DNA from: Octopus bimaculoides
Lineage: Eukaryota
Length of the DNA stretch: 32,977 bases
Direction of reading: 5' to 3'
Assembly (NCBI RefSeq): GCF_001194135.2
Contig: NC_068989.1
Location: 42,875,255 to 42,908,231 of the forward strand
Shown here: positions 9,754-21,681 of the stretch, one piece after another
Layout: every line of letters begins with the position of its first letter
Position numbering within the stretch: position 1 is the first letter of the stretch
The notes under the pieces: generated by a model
The model's input: the letters and a program-made list of their open reading frames with translations, nothing else
The model's database searches: none
Told to the model about the DNA's origin: nothing
Translations under genes and position numbers: made by a program

Positions 9754-10799
9754 CGAGGGTCGACTGAAAAGTTCATAGGCTGAGGAAAATACCTCCATGG
9801 AAGTTGACCAAATGTGGTTTATTTTTCCCCACACTTCTTCCATTGATGTTGCAGTGCTTGAATCCCCATTGCTGAAGAAGCTTTAATCCTCTTCGTCAAA
9901 AAAGTCACCAACAGCAGATATGAAAGCACACAGCAGCCATTGAGATCAAGGACTAGTGTACTGGAGCATTGTCCTGATGATACAGTTTTCCTGGTCTTCT
10001 TTCTTGGTATCCTTTCGTAACTGCCTGTGCAAGTTGGCATAATACACTTCATTGATTGTGTGGCCTTTTTAATAATAATAATCAATTAACACAATGTCTT
10101 TTGCATCCCAAAACATGGAGGCCATCACCTTCCCTGCAGATGAAACGACCTAAGCCTTCTTTGGAAAAGGTGACGAGAGGTGTCTCCACTGCATAGATTG
10201 TATATTTGTTTCTGGCTCAAAGTGATGAAGCCGATACTTATCCTGAATTAGAAAATGTTCGAGGAAACCAGTCAGTGTCAAATGTTGCACTTACCTAGTA
10301 GAAACATTCGTCGTACCAAGTTCATTGTGCAGAATATCCTTAACTCTCTCACGACATTTGCTAATAGCATTGGTTACTTGTTTTATAGGCAATCGCCTGT
10401 CATTTGTCACCATGTGGTGACCACGATCAATGATGTCTTCAGTGGTGGCAGTTGCAGAACGTTAGTCCTTGGATCATCTTCAAGATTCTCCCTTCCCCTC
10501 CTAAATTCAGCCGCCTACTTTTGCACTGTTGACAGAGCTGGACCGTCATCCTCTAATGCAGCAACTACATCAGCATGGATGTCCTTGGGGGGGCTAAACA
10601 CTTTTTCTGCAGATACTTGGTAAAACCCCAATACAAATTTTTTTGGTTATATTTAAAGTCTTCTTTAGACAGTCGCAAGTCAGTTCACCCGAAAAGAAAT
10701 TGCAGGCATTTATTAATAAGAAGAGATGAGACATGTGAAATTTCACGCACTAGCATTACTTCTTCATAGTCAACCTACGAACTTTTCATCCCACCTTCG
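9754..10799 (-). mobile_element. Mariner element with both TIRs and TA TSD, internally deleted
   Basis: TA|CGAGGGTCGACTGAAAAGTTCATAGGCTGA versus TCAACCTACGAACTTTTCATCCCACCTTCG|TA; motifs HHFEPET..QSMQW, AGKVMASMFWD, HQDNAPVH, GIQALQHQWKKC. Confidence 0.92.
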
Positions 10800-10994
10800 T
10801 ACGCACAAACTCATATTTATACGTTTAATGTGTGTGCGCACATGTATTATAGGATGTGTGTGTGTGTGGCGGGGGTGTTTTGAGTGTCTGTACGAGAAAG
10901 AGTAATTATGAGTGAACATAATACATATGTAGGTGTGTTAACGCGTGTGCGTACGTGCGTGGGTGTGGGTGCTTTAGGTGAGCTCGTCTGTGAC

Positions 10995-11028
<34 letters not shown>

Positions 11029-11274
11029 CATGTGTGTCTGCGTGTGTGTGAGTATAGTCCCAAGTTGTTTGCTCCAATTTACTATGGTTACCTATAAAGA
11101 GAGTTGTAGAATGTTGTTGGACGGACAATCATTTTTCACACATACATCTGGGAAATAAGTGATCAGAATTAATAACATGTCTTTCATCCAACGTTGCGAA
11201 GAGTAAAGGCAAGCACTTTCTTTCAAAGTAAACTACATCTGTTATGTTGAGAACCATTAGTTATTATCATATAA

Positions 11275-11402
11275 GCTACACACAGACAAACACACACAAA
11301 TATATATACACACACACACACACACGTACACACAAACATATACACATATGCATATACATGCATGCACATATGTAAATGTATATATATACATATATGTGTG
11401 TG

Positions 11403-11454
<52 letters not shown>

Positions 11455-11621
11455 TGCGTATATACATTTGTATGTATATGTATATGTATATACATGTACA
11501 TGTGTGTGTATGATAATATATGCATTTATATATACATATATATGTATATATATGCATATATATATACATATATATACATGCATATATATGCACACACATA
11601 CAGACATACACACACACATAG

Positions 11622-11658
<37 letters not shown>

Positions 11659-11664
11659 TATATA
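11275..11664 (+). repeat. Compound CA/TA/TG microsatellite tract
   Basis: Read directly; source of the spurious HT/CV/YI ORFs. Confidence 0.95.
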
Positions 11665-11892
11665 TATTCCTTTATTGCCCACAGTGGAGCTAAACATAGA
11701 GGGGACAAACAAGGACAGACAACGGGATTAATTTGATTACATCGACCCCAGTGAGTGACTGGTATTTATTTAATCGACCCCGGAAGGATGAAAAGCAAAG
11801 TCAACCCCGGCAGAATTTGAACTCAGAACGTAACGGCAGACGAAATACCAATTTCTTTATTACCCACAAGGGGCTAAACACAGATGGGACAA
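11665..11892 (-). mobile_element. SINE family A: partial tail plus A-box-less monomer (same junction as 2876/2877)
   Basis: Minus strand ...TTGTGGGTAATAAAGAAATT|GGTATTTCGTCTGCCGTTACGTTCTGAGTTCAAATT... Confidence 0.9.
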
Positions 11893-11992
11893 TACACACA
11901 TGCGGGGACAATTAACACATGATAGAATGGAACAATGAAATTAAACAATGATGATGGGACGGCCACCCCAGCCCCACCCCGGGGCGGCCGCG

Positions 11993-13625
11993 TTATTTCA
12001 ATTATTTCAACAGTTCTTAATAGTTCCTTTCACAGTCTTCGATAGTTCTTTTCAAAATTATCTCAATAATTTATCCAAAATAAAACTACTCACCATTTTA
12101 TATAATCTTTTATTTCCTCGTAGTTCACCACTGGAGCGCTGGATTCGAAATTCACCTCTGGGTATAGTTTTATCTATCAGGAGTTGATCCTTGGTGCCTC
12201 TGCACTTATGCTTCCAAAACTTCTGCTCATGTAACAGGACTCCATTTTTCTCCAGGTTCGTACATTGACTCTACGAGTATTCCAATCAATAACTTCTACA
12301 TAAGTAGCAAACAGGATATCTGTGTGTAATTGTCTGCTGTATTGCTTTTTCGATGTTTTTCAAGCATATCACTGTCCTACCCAATGTCAACCACTCTGGT
12401 GTTATTTGGTCGGCATTTAACAAGGTGTTGATTTGCGCACCTATTCGTGCATGACATTCACCAAACCTTTTGATCCAGTAGCCTTGAACTCCTGGTCCTG
12501 GGGGCCTTCGGTTGCCCATTTTTTTGCTGATTTCCTTTACTTCCCTAACTGAAATGACTAGTTCTGCCTGTTTTGGACAGACTAGTGTTTATTTCAGTTC
12601 TTGCAGCCATTCAACATCCTTTTTGTACTCCTTGTCTTTGCTTCAAATGTCACTCCAAAACCTTTGACGTTCAATGTTAACTGATATCATCTTTTCATCT
12701 GTACACTCTCTATTTATTTCTTTATAGAATCTCTTTCTGATCTACTCTGAATAACCTATTCTGGTGGTAACCCTTCATTCTTTGGTCGTATCTTACCATC
12801 TTTGCTTTCTTTGAAACGAGGCGCTGTTTCAGTTCCTCCATTACAAATTTCAGGCCCTTTCTTTCACCATTATACATCCTTTTCAGCGCCTTGTATTTTC
12901 GTTAGCTTTTAAGCTCTTCTTTCTCTTTTCGGTCTAACACAGAGATTTCCTTCGCGAGCATATCTAACCGTGCCTAGATTCTTCTTTTGCACCATACATC
13001 TTTTCTTTTGTCACTCCCATTATGTTTCTTTTTCTTGACATCAACACCCACGTTTTCTCCTACAACAATAGTTGCTGCTTTGATCAAATTATTTGTTTCT
13101 GTGATGTTGTTTGTTCTGATTTATTTCAGAATTTCATTGACATTTTTCGTTATTTTGTTTCAATTTCCATCGATCAACCTTTTTAAGGTTGCAAATAATG
13201 TCGCTATTGTTCTCCTGTAATCTTACCTTTATTCTGTTGTACATTTTATTTTTTTCATCTGTTATGTCGCTATTAGTTTTATTGTCTTCTTTTAGATCAT
13301 CTATATGTCTCACATCAAGTAAGCTACCACTGCTCCTTTCCTGTACCATGAGATTACTCTTATTAGTAAGAACTGCATTTTCGTTCTTATCTCTTCTGTT
13401 ATTGTCCATGACCCGTCTTTTGATAGCTTCGAGCTCTACTTCTGTGAACCAACAATTTTTTCTTATTTCTCTAGCTTGATCACATAGTCTCTGTTCCGTG
13501 AGTTGAAACATTCCCTTTGCTCTCCAATGATCATAATACGTTGTCGGTAACCCCTAATTTTAGCACCATTTTCATCTAGCGGGTTGCTCAGGTAGTAACA
13601 CGAAGAAATGTACAGTTCAATGTTC
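11993..13625 (-). mobile_element. R4/Dong-clade non-LTR retrotransposon, 5' half (ORF N-terminus to early RT), degenerate
   Basis: CYYLSNP...RGYRQRI; EQRLCDQAREIRKN; PGPGVQGYWIK; WLTLGRTVICLK; KCRGTKDQLLIDKT. Confidence 0.9.
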
Positions 13626-14655
13626 GTATAATATAAATGTGTGTGTGTACACATATATATACTTAGATATACATACAGACGTCTGTGCGTATAGTGAAAC
13701 AAACAAACGCGGATCAGGAACACGTCACATCAAGTACGTAGTCTTTATACTGTTTATTAAAGAAATAAACTACGAGATTACCGTAGTTTTTATATAGTGT
13801 TGTACTTTTCCAACGGTGGAAAGGTACTACAATGGACCTTGAAAAGATGCTACAATATATTGCCTTTAAAATTGTGCGTGTATGCAAGCGCGCGCGCGTG
13901 TGTGTGCAAGCCCATGTGTGTAGGAAAGTTGGAGTGGAAGAGGAATGAATGTGTACACCTCTGCCTATCTAGCTTTTATCTGTCTGTAACAGTCTTTGTT
14001 TTCTATGAGATTGTTGGTGTCAGTAAAAACAGTTAGCCAGTGTAAAGCTGTCTTCCATGCTACAAACATCTCTCCTTTTCTTCCAGCACACAAGTCACTG
14101 AACTTTTTAAAATGTGTAAATCGATTGTTTGATTTAACATTACAACTCAGAAGTTGTACCTTAGTGACGAGGTGACTGAGCAAACTTTTACTGCCACTAA
14201 ACTGCTTTTTATCTTTGTTTCTCTGTGACTGCTGCTTTTATTTTTTCTATTATATTATATTACTTTTGTTTTTTTTGTTTTTAATTTTATTTGCATTTTA
14301 TTTTCTCTTAAAAGATTTCGTTTATCTCGAGGTCAACAACATTTTTTTTTTGTCATTGAGTTAAATCTATAAGTATTTTTTTTTTAAAGATATAAATATT
14401 ATTTCATGCTTCACCTGCGCATTCAGTATATTTTACATTTATTAACACGCTGAGACATTTGACAGGTCTCACTTGGCGCATAAAATGAAGACTCTTTGTT
14501 TTTACAGTCCAACCACCGATAAAAGGAAGGCCAGGAATGAGATTTAACCGACGTTATAGCTTGGAATTTAGTAAACACAAATTTTATAGATTTAGTTTTC
14601 GGTGACGCGACAATATAAAAATTGATAACATTAAATACTACTGTTAGCATGAAGA

Positions 14656-14854
14656 GATCTTTTTAAATTTCTTCCAGCCACTTGAAGTATTTCAAATTTT
14701 CCCCGAATTATTTTTAAAAAATGTAGTTTTGATGTTGTCTTGTATGCCAAAGTCCATCAATGTAGAAAATTTGAAAACAGTCAAGTGAAAATTTGCAGTA
14801 CTTCGCAATAAAATTTGCAATAAAAAAAGTAGTTTGAAGAAATTTAAAAAGATC
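14656..14854. repeat. 19-bp perfect inverted repeat with a 161-bp spacer (possible decayed MITE)
   Basis: GATCTTTTTAAATTTCTTC (14656-14674) and GAAGAAATTTAAAAAGATC (14836-14854). Confidence 0.7.
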
Positions 14855-15351
14855 CGCATGAAGCCGCAAATTTGCTTAGAGCTAATGGTGGCACTTCGTC
14901 AGGGCAAACCTGAATATCATGGCCCAGGCTTCCAGTAGGTTTTCCCAGGATCACAAAAATTAATATTAATACTACACCATACTTTATATACTCCACTCCT
15001 TCGATGTTCATCATTTTACTTCCGCATATGTTTTTCTCGAACTAATTTCCTGGCAGACTTCACTTTATTGTCACTTTAGTGTGTTTGTCTGAATCAACGG
15101 ATAACTACGATATATAATACCTCCCATACTTTTGTATTACGTTGCCTATATTATTTTGAGTGAATACTATTAAGTTTTACAGCATTTCTGCGTCCCATCA
15201 TTTTGCTTATATACTGAAGAAAATCAATCAGTTTTCAATGGTTTAGCAATCATGGTACATTAATTTTGCCGCGATTTGGCGATTACTTCGGATTAGCACC
15301 ATCTGTAAATTCATTTCTTTTACGTTATCTTTATGAATGTGTGTGTCCATG

Positions 15352-15395
<44 letters not shown>

Positions 15396-15830
15396 ATGTT
15401 GTGTGTGTGTTTGTGTGTGCGTACATGCATATATTTCTATTAGTGGAGCAAAGTTACATCTTGACAGAACTATTGTAGAACCAAAAAGTAAGAACAATTA
15501 ATAACGAATACTTAAGACAGGAAAATTACAATGGAAACCGTGAAATGAATAGAATACAGCAGCGTGAGCTACAAATATGATACATGTATTATATATAGGA
15601 ACGTTAGTAACAAACAGGGTAATGATAAATCAAGCAATAACAGGACAAGGAAAACTTATAAGAATAGATGAAAGACTAGTGTAAATAACGATCCAAATAG
15701 AATTATATTGTGCAGAAGTTTCAGGATCGCATGATAGGAAGAGTAAAATATGTCTTAAAGTCAATAGAAATTCCACGGTATATAAATATAGATGCTATAG
15801 TGCCGCAATGATCACTCTAATGATTTTTCG

Positions 15831-15995
15831 GGTAAAAGGAAAATATTATGGTATAATCTGGCATTTGAACTCCACGTATTATCCAAGATTGTTCAGACAT
15901 ATTACCATGCGTTGAATGAACATTTCCCAAAATACAATAAATACCATAAGATCTTTAACAGACACACGGTGAAACTATCTTACGTAACATCTTAA
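15831..15995 (+). mobile_element. PLE fragment of a second lineage (RT-endonuclease linker)
   Basis: GKRKILWYNLAFELHVLSKIVQTYYHALNEHFPKYNKYHKIFNRHTVKLSY matches the PLE linker pattern I.W(F/Y)NPP...HFP...HKIFNR.T.K.SY. Confidence 0.75.
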
Positions 15996-16381
15996 AATTT
16001 AGAATTCAGTATTTTTAAATTGAATAATATGAAACTTGATAATATGAAATAACATGAGCAATAATTCTGATTGTAGTAATAATATAGAAATAGTCCAACC
16101 GAGAGTGGACGAGTTGAGTAATAACGGTGAGATAGATAGTGGTAAGGATCTAATAAATGATGAAAAAATAACGATCCCGATTGTATCTAGTGTGGATATA
16201 GTGATCATAGAAATATTACGGGAAATAGTAATGATTATGATAGAATCGTAATAATGATAAAAATACTGCTAGTCATAGTATTAAGACTAATAATGATATT
16301 GATAATATTAGGAACAAGAACAAATGCAACAATATTGGTGATATGAAGGTTAATAACAACATTAATCCCATCGTTATTTAC

Positions 16382-16417
16382 AAGAAGAAGAAGAAGAAGA
16401 AGAAGAAGAAGAAGAAG

Positions 16418-16459
<42 letters not shown>
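16382..16459 (+). repeat. (AAG)12(AAC)14 compound trinucleotide repeat
   Basis: Read directly from the sequence. Confidence 0.97.
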
Positions 16460-16461
<2 letters not shown>

Positions 16462-16610
16462 GATTCCTGTAGTAATTGGTGCACATGGCACAGCATCCAA
16501 AATGCTACCTAAAAGACTGATGACCTTCAGAAAAATAACATCCTATGTTCTGTAAGAATCCTTGGGAAGATTTTTGAGATCTGAGGAAATTTGTTGTCAC
16601 CAAACCTTTC
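16458..16610 (+). mobile_element. R4/Dong-like 3'-terminal fragment next to an (AAG)(AAC) array
   Basis: KIPVVIGAHGTASKMLPKRL resembles the R4/Dong C-terminal P.V(I/V)GALG motif. Confidence 0.65.
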
Positions 16611-17256
16611 TTTTCAGAAGATCTACAAACGAACTTCTATATCAGTATCTATCATGTGATTAGAAGTAATTAACCTGGACTAATACGAACTTTTAAGTTT
16701 TTGTATCACTAATAAACTTATCTGCTCAGGTTCCTTCATATCTAAATTCATTTATGTATAACAGAATATCCTATGGATTTGAAAATATCATCAAGTCGAT
16801 CAGAATGAAAGTGAGAATGGAGAATTTAAATATTTTTCATTTATGTGTGTAATGACACCAGAGTTATCATTTAAGACTGTGTGTATAGAAATTCCTTTTC
16901 TCTATTCTTTTTCTACATAGTAAGTAAGATATTCCATATAAGACATTGATAATATCTATGAACATGTATCCTTTATTCCTGTCTGTGCGTGTGTCAGCAT
17001 ATGTGTGCGTGTGAACACAGAATTCTGTAGTAACTGACACCTGATTCCTGTACTGAGAGGATCTGGAGGACTGCTATAATTTGGCAGATATTTCGAAGTG
17101 ATATATCTACAGACATATGTCAGCAATTTTTTTTATCGAAATTGCTGATGGAATAGATATGTCACAAAAACAATAAAAACATTATCGAAAAACAGTTATA
17201 AAATCATTTTGTCGCGATAGAAACTCTTAACAAGTCAATAATTTATTATATTAGAG

Positions 17257-17470
17257 CTGCGAGCTGGCAGAATCGTTAGCACACCGGGCAAAATGCTTAA
17301 CGACATCTCTTCCGTCTTTACGTTCTGAGTTCAAATTCTGCCAAGATTGACTTTGTCTTTCATCCCATTCGTGGTAGGTAAAGTAAGTACCTGTTAAACA
17401 ATGGGGCCGATGTAATCGACTTATCCCTCCTTCTAAATTGTTAGCCTTGTGCCAAAATTGGAAACAAATA
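17257..17470 (+). mobile_element. SINE family A, full length
   Basis: GCGAGCTGGCAGAATCGTTAGC...GAGTTCAAATTCTGCC...GATGTAATCGACTTA...CCTTGTGCCAAAATTGGAAAC. Confidence 0.9.
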
Positions 17471-17619
17471 GCCTGAAAAGAAAAGCACATTTTTTCATTC
17501 TCCTAATTTTTTCCATTCTATTCACCCTTCTTCTTGGCCGGTTTGTTTTGTTTTGTTTTGCTTGTAATATGCAATTGTAATCATGTAAATACGCCCAGTT
17601 CGGTATCTTTTATCTTTTA

Positions 17620-18035
17620 CAAGCTGGAGCACCGCCTTGAAGAATTTTTTGTCGAATGAATCCACTCCCGCACTGATTTTTAAGCCCGGGACTTATTCTA
17701 TCGTTCGCTTTGTCGAACTGCTAAGTTGCGGGACGTAACCACTTCAACATCGGTCATCAAGTGGTGGTGGGAACAAACTGACACAATGACACACACACAT
17801 ATCTATCTGTTTATCTATCTATCTGTCTATCTACCTATCAATCAATCAGTCAATCAATATATATATGTACATATATATGACGGGCTTCTTTCAGTTTTCG
17901 TCTTCCAAATCCACTCACAAGGCTTTGTTTAACCCGAGGCTATAGTAGAAGACATGTGTCCAAGGTGACACGCAGTGGGATTGAACCTGAAACCATGCAG
18001 TTGAGAAGCAAACCTTCTTACCACACAGCTACGCC
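17620..18035 (-). mobile_element. SINE family B
   Basis: Colinear with 3341-3759 and 22665-23055. Confidence 0.9.
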
Positions 18036-18423
18036 TGCATTGCAAGTTATAAATTATTGATAGTGCAAGTTTCTACAGCAAATGACTTTATACTTAATAC
18101 TGTTGTATCTGATCAGGTATGTGTCATTACAATGATACCTCAAGAATCAATAATTGTTCTAGTATCTTGTTGTCATGTCGTTAACAAGACGAGAGAAATC
18201 AAATTTAATCAATTCAAAATGTTTGAACAAAATATATTTTGCCTTAAAAGAACGAAAAAATATAAACAACAAACAATTAATAAATGCATTAACTTTCTAT
18301 TGGTATTCATATAAAATCAGCAACTTTCCACATTTGAAACATACATAATACTCCCAATTTGCTGAACCAAAAATAAACATGGCTGACTAGGATAAAAACA
18401 AATTGATTAATTTACAATAAAAA

Positions 18424-18590
18424 TTTCAAAATTTAGTACAAGTCCAGCAATTTTAATTCGAAGGCTTTTGTCAATTACATCGATACCAGCACTTAACTGG
18501 TACTTTAATTTATCGCCCCGAAAAGATGAAATTGACTTCGGCATTATTTGAACTCAGAACACAACGAGCCAGTATAAATACGGCAAACGC
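18424..18590 (-). mobile_element. SINE family A, degenerate
   Basis: TACATCGATACCAGCAC...CTGGTACTT...TTTATCGCCCCGAAAAGATG...TTTGAACTCAGAAC. Confidence 0.7.
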
Positions 18591-19053
18591 ATTTTAATTA
18601 ACATTTTATTCTCCCAGTTCACTGTTCCACATCACCTTTCACTGGGCTTTAAATAGTAATTACTAATTTATTTTCCCAATTTCTCATTCATTCAATCTAT
18701 AATGAATTCAAACGCCCCTTCGTCCATTCGTCCATTCGCCCATTCGCCCGTTAAATTGTTCATCTGTTCATTCAGTCTTACGTTTTATTATTTGTTCAGT
18801 CCATCATTCGATTATCTTATCCGTTCTATCGTTCATAACCCATTTCGTTCTCCTTTTATTTATTATAACATTTAATTTACTGTCTCTCTCTTTCAATCTT
18901 CATCTTCCATGCATTTTCATCTATTCGGCAGTTCGTTCAGCACAAGCCATCCATTCGTTGTTTTGGTTCGGGTTTAAGCTTCATTACAAATTATGCCTTT
19001 AGACTTACAAACAATTTGCAGCACCCGGGTACTATTGAGTTGATACGAGAACA

Positions 19054-19585
19054 TTTTCTAAATTAGGTAGGAAGCCCGCAATTTTGAGAAGATGAGAAAT
19101 AGTCGGCACCACCGACCCCCCGACCCCGGAGGGATGAAATACAATGTTGACCGCGGCGAAATTTGAAATCAGAACATAAAGCATGCCAGTCCACCTCTCT
19201 TTAAAAACGCCAACATAATTATTTCCGATATAGACACAAGGTCAGCAATTTTGAGGGGCGGGATTAGTTGATACCATCGACACCATTATTTGATTGGTAC
19301 TTTTTTATCGACCCTCCAGTGAGATTTGATCTTAGACCATAGAGCCGGAATAAATACTGCAAGGCATTTTTCCGACTGTCGAACGATTTTTTCTGCCTTG
19401 AATCGTTAACACCAATAGTTTCAAATTTTAGCACAACGCCAGCAATTTGATGGAAGAGTTTTCTAAATCTATTGCATCGACCCAAAACGATAAAAGCCAA
19501 AATTTGATCTGGAAAACGTAAATATGAACAAGATACCGCTGAATATTTTGTTTGATGCGCTACTGATTCGGTCACATTGCCGCCT
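19054..19585 (-). mobile_element. Three consecutive degenerate family A SINE copies (about 19054-19180, 19221-19405, 19416-19585)
   Basis: The reverse-complemented tail (GCACAA.GCCAGCAATTT), core (ATCGACCC) and head or B-box remnants recur three times. Confidence 0.65.
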
Positions 19586-19644
19586 GTCATTGGAGTACTT
19601 ATCCCGTCAGTAACGCTTTCAATCTATTTAGAAAGAAAAGTGTG

Positions 19645-19866
19645 ATAGAGAAAAGTGAGAGAGAGAAAAAGAGGGAGAGAGAAGCGTCCATGACCTGAGG
19701 TAGGAGGGACGTAATATTTATTACGGGGTTAAAAAAGTTAGTTGAAGGTAAAGAAGGAGAGAGGGGGAGAGAGAGATAGGGGGAGAGAGAGATAGGGGGA
19801 GAGAGAGGGAGAGAGGTGGTTGTGGTGGTGGTGGTGGTGGTAGTGGTGGTGGTAGAGGTGGTGGTA
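19645..19866 (+). repeat. GA-rich and (GGT)n simple repeats
   Basis: Read directly from the sequence. Confidence 0.9.
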
Positions 19867-20619
19867 GTAATTGGATAGTGAAAAGTATATGTTTTTTTAT
19901 AATTGAACTAAATTTTTTTATATCACCTATCACTTAACGCATGCGCATAAGTGCAATTCCGTGAAATATTCACGTTTATTTACGTGGCAGATATATGTGA
20001 CTTAACTAAAAGTTGTATCATATGCACGGGATTTTTTTTTTCTTTTTGCTTTTGGGAAAAATGGAAATATAAGGGTGAATATTTATTTTATGTGTGCGAT
20101 ATATTATGTCTATAAAATTGTACATAAAGTATATAAAATGTATATATAAAGTGCACTAAGTAATCATTGTATTCCAATTTCTTTCACTTGTCAATAAGTA
20201 GCAGCTAAGTGACTATCTTTCTATACAGACACAATTCAGGCTGCACTTTCAGGTTTTTTTGGATAACGTTTTCAGAAATAAACCAATAGATTTACCAATA
20301 ATTCCGTGAAATATTCACAGGTCCCGCTAGTTAACATAATTATGCTTGTGCTTTTCATTTGGGAATCAGCAACTTCATACAGTTGTAATATATCTTACCA
20401 GAAAATAACCCATCATAACTGTGTCCATATGATCTGAATATTATATTGCTGTCATTGATGCTACACTGAATTACTTTCTCCTCTTTTCTTCCCCGGAAAG
20501 GCATAGCTGTTATGGTTACAGTACCAAAAAGAGAACAGAAATTTCCTCTTTGATATTTCTTTAATGGCATTTTTGGTCTAAATGAAGTAAAATATCTACT
20601 CCTGAGATTAGAAACAGGA

Positions 20620-21070
20620 TCATGTAATCGGTTCATCGGAGGCCTATCACCTCGTCAGAAGCTTATCTGCTACATCCCACCTCAAGAGGAACACCTCTCA
20701 AAAGGCTCAGCTTGCGAAATGATGCATATATAGCCAGTACATGTCAAAGAGACGAGTGACAACACACTGACTGATCAAGCACGCGATATAGGAAATGGTT
20801 TGAAGATCTAAGAGGTGTCTGTTCACTTGAACTACTGTCATATCTCGTTGCACACTGCTGTGAACCATGCTCTGGAAACAGGACCGAATGCATCTGCTTT
20901 TAGGACTACTTCCACGAAGAAAGGGCTGTACCTATCGAAAGCTTTCAGTTGATCGAAATTTATCAGTGACCCAGCGAAGGTAGGTTTGTTCACGAGCTCC
21001 TCTAAGCTGCATCACTTGGGTGCAGTTTATCATGGAAAGACCTTTTAGGGATCGCGCATACATGCGATCT
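20620..21070 (-). mobile_element. L1/Tx1-clade LINE reverse-transcriptase remnant
   Basis: AGSLINFDQLKAFDRY...VLKADAFGPVSRAW (LDQ.KAFDR motif), followed by decayed downstream RT motifs. Confidence 0.75.
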
Positions 21071-21352
21071 CCTGTTAAAACCTCTTTGTTTCATTAAAAT
21101 CTTAAACTCATGTGCACTTTTTCCAGACATACCCAGTTTACTTTCTTTGGAAGGAAAATCTTGATACATTTTGTAGAAACTTGCACTATCAATAATTTAT
21201 AACTTACAAGTGGAAGACAATTTAGCAGTCATTAGTTTGATATTAAGATCAGTTCATATAACATACACACTAACACACACACACACACACGCACACACAA
21301 ACACTGAGAGATAGATACTTAGATACATTGCCATATACGCCTGCATAAGTAT

Positions 21353-21384
<32 letters not shown>

Positions 21385-21616
21385 CAGATAGATAGATAGA
21401 TAGATTGATACAGAGGATAACTATAATCCTGGCTATCACCTCATCCTCTCTTTTCCTCGTTTAAATTATCAATTTTACAAANNNNNNNNNNNNNNNNNNN
21501 NNNNNNNNNNNNNNNNNNNNNNNNNNNNNNNNNNNNNNNNNNNNNNNNNNNNNNNNNNNNNNNNNNNNNNNNNNNNNNNNNNNNNNNNNNNNNNNNNNNN
21601 NNNNNNNNNNNNNNNN

Positions 21617-21657
<41 letters not shown>

Positions 21658-21681
21658 CATGCATACAGGCATATATACATA

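Noticed and set aside
11223-11736. Overlapping HT/CV/YI-rich ORFs (also 24489-24932 and 27509-27835)
   Set aside because: Translations of dinucleotide microsatellites.
16000-16380. Asn/Ile/Asp-rich ORFs
   Set aside because: Cryptic AAT/GAT trinucleotide tract with no protein motif.
17120-17148. 10-bp hairpin resembling a terminator
   Set aside because: Eukaryotic context and expected by chance in AT-rich DNA.
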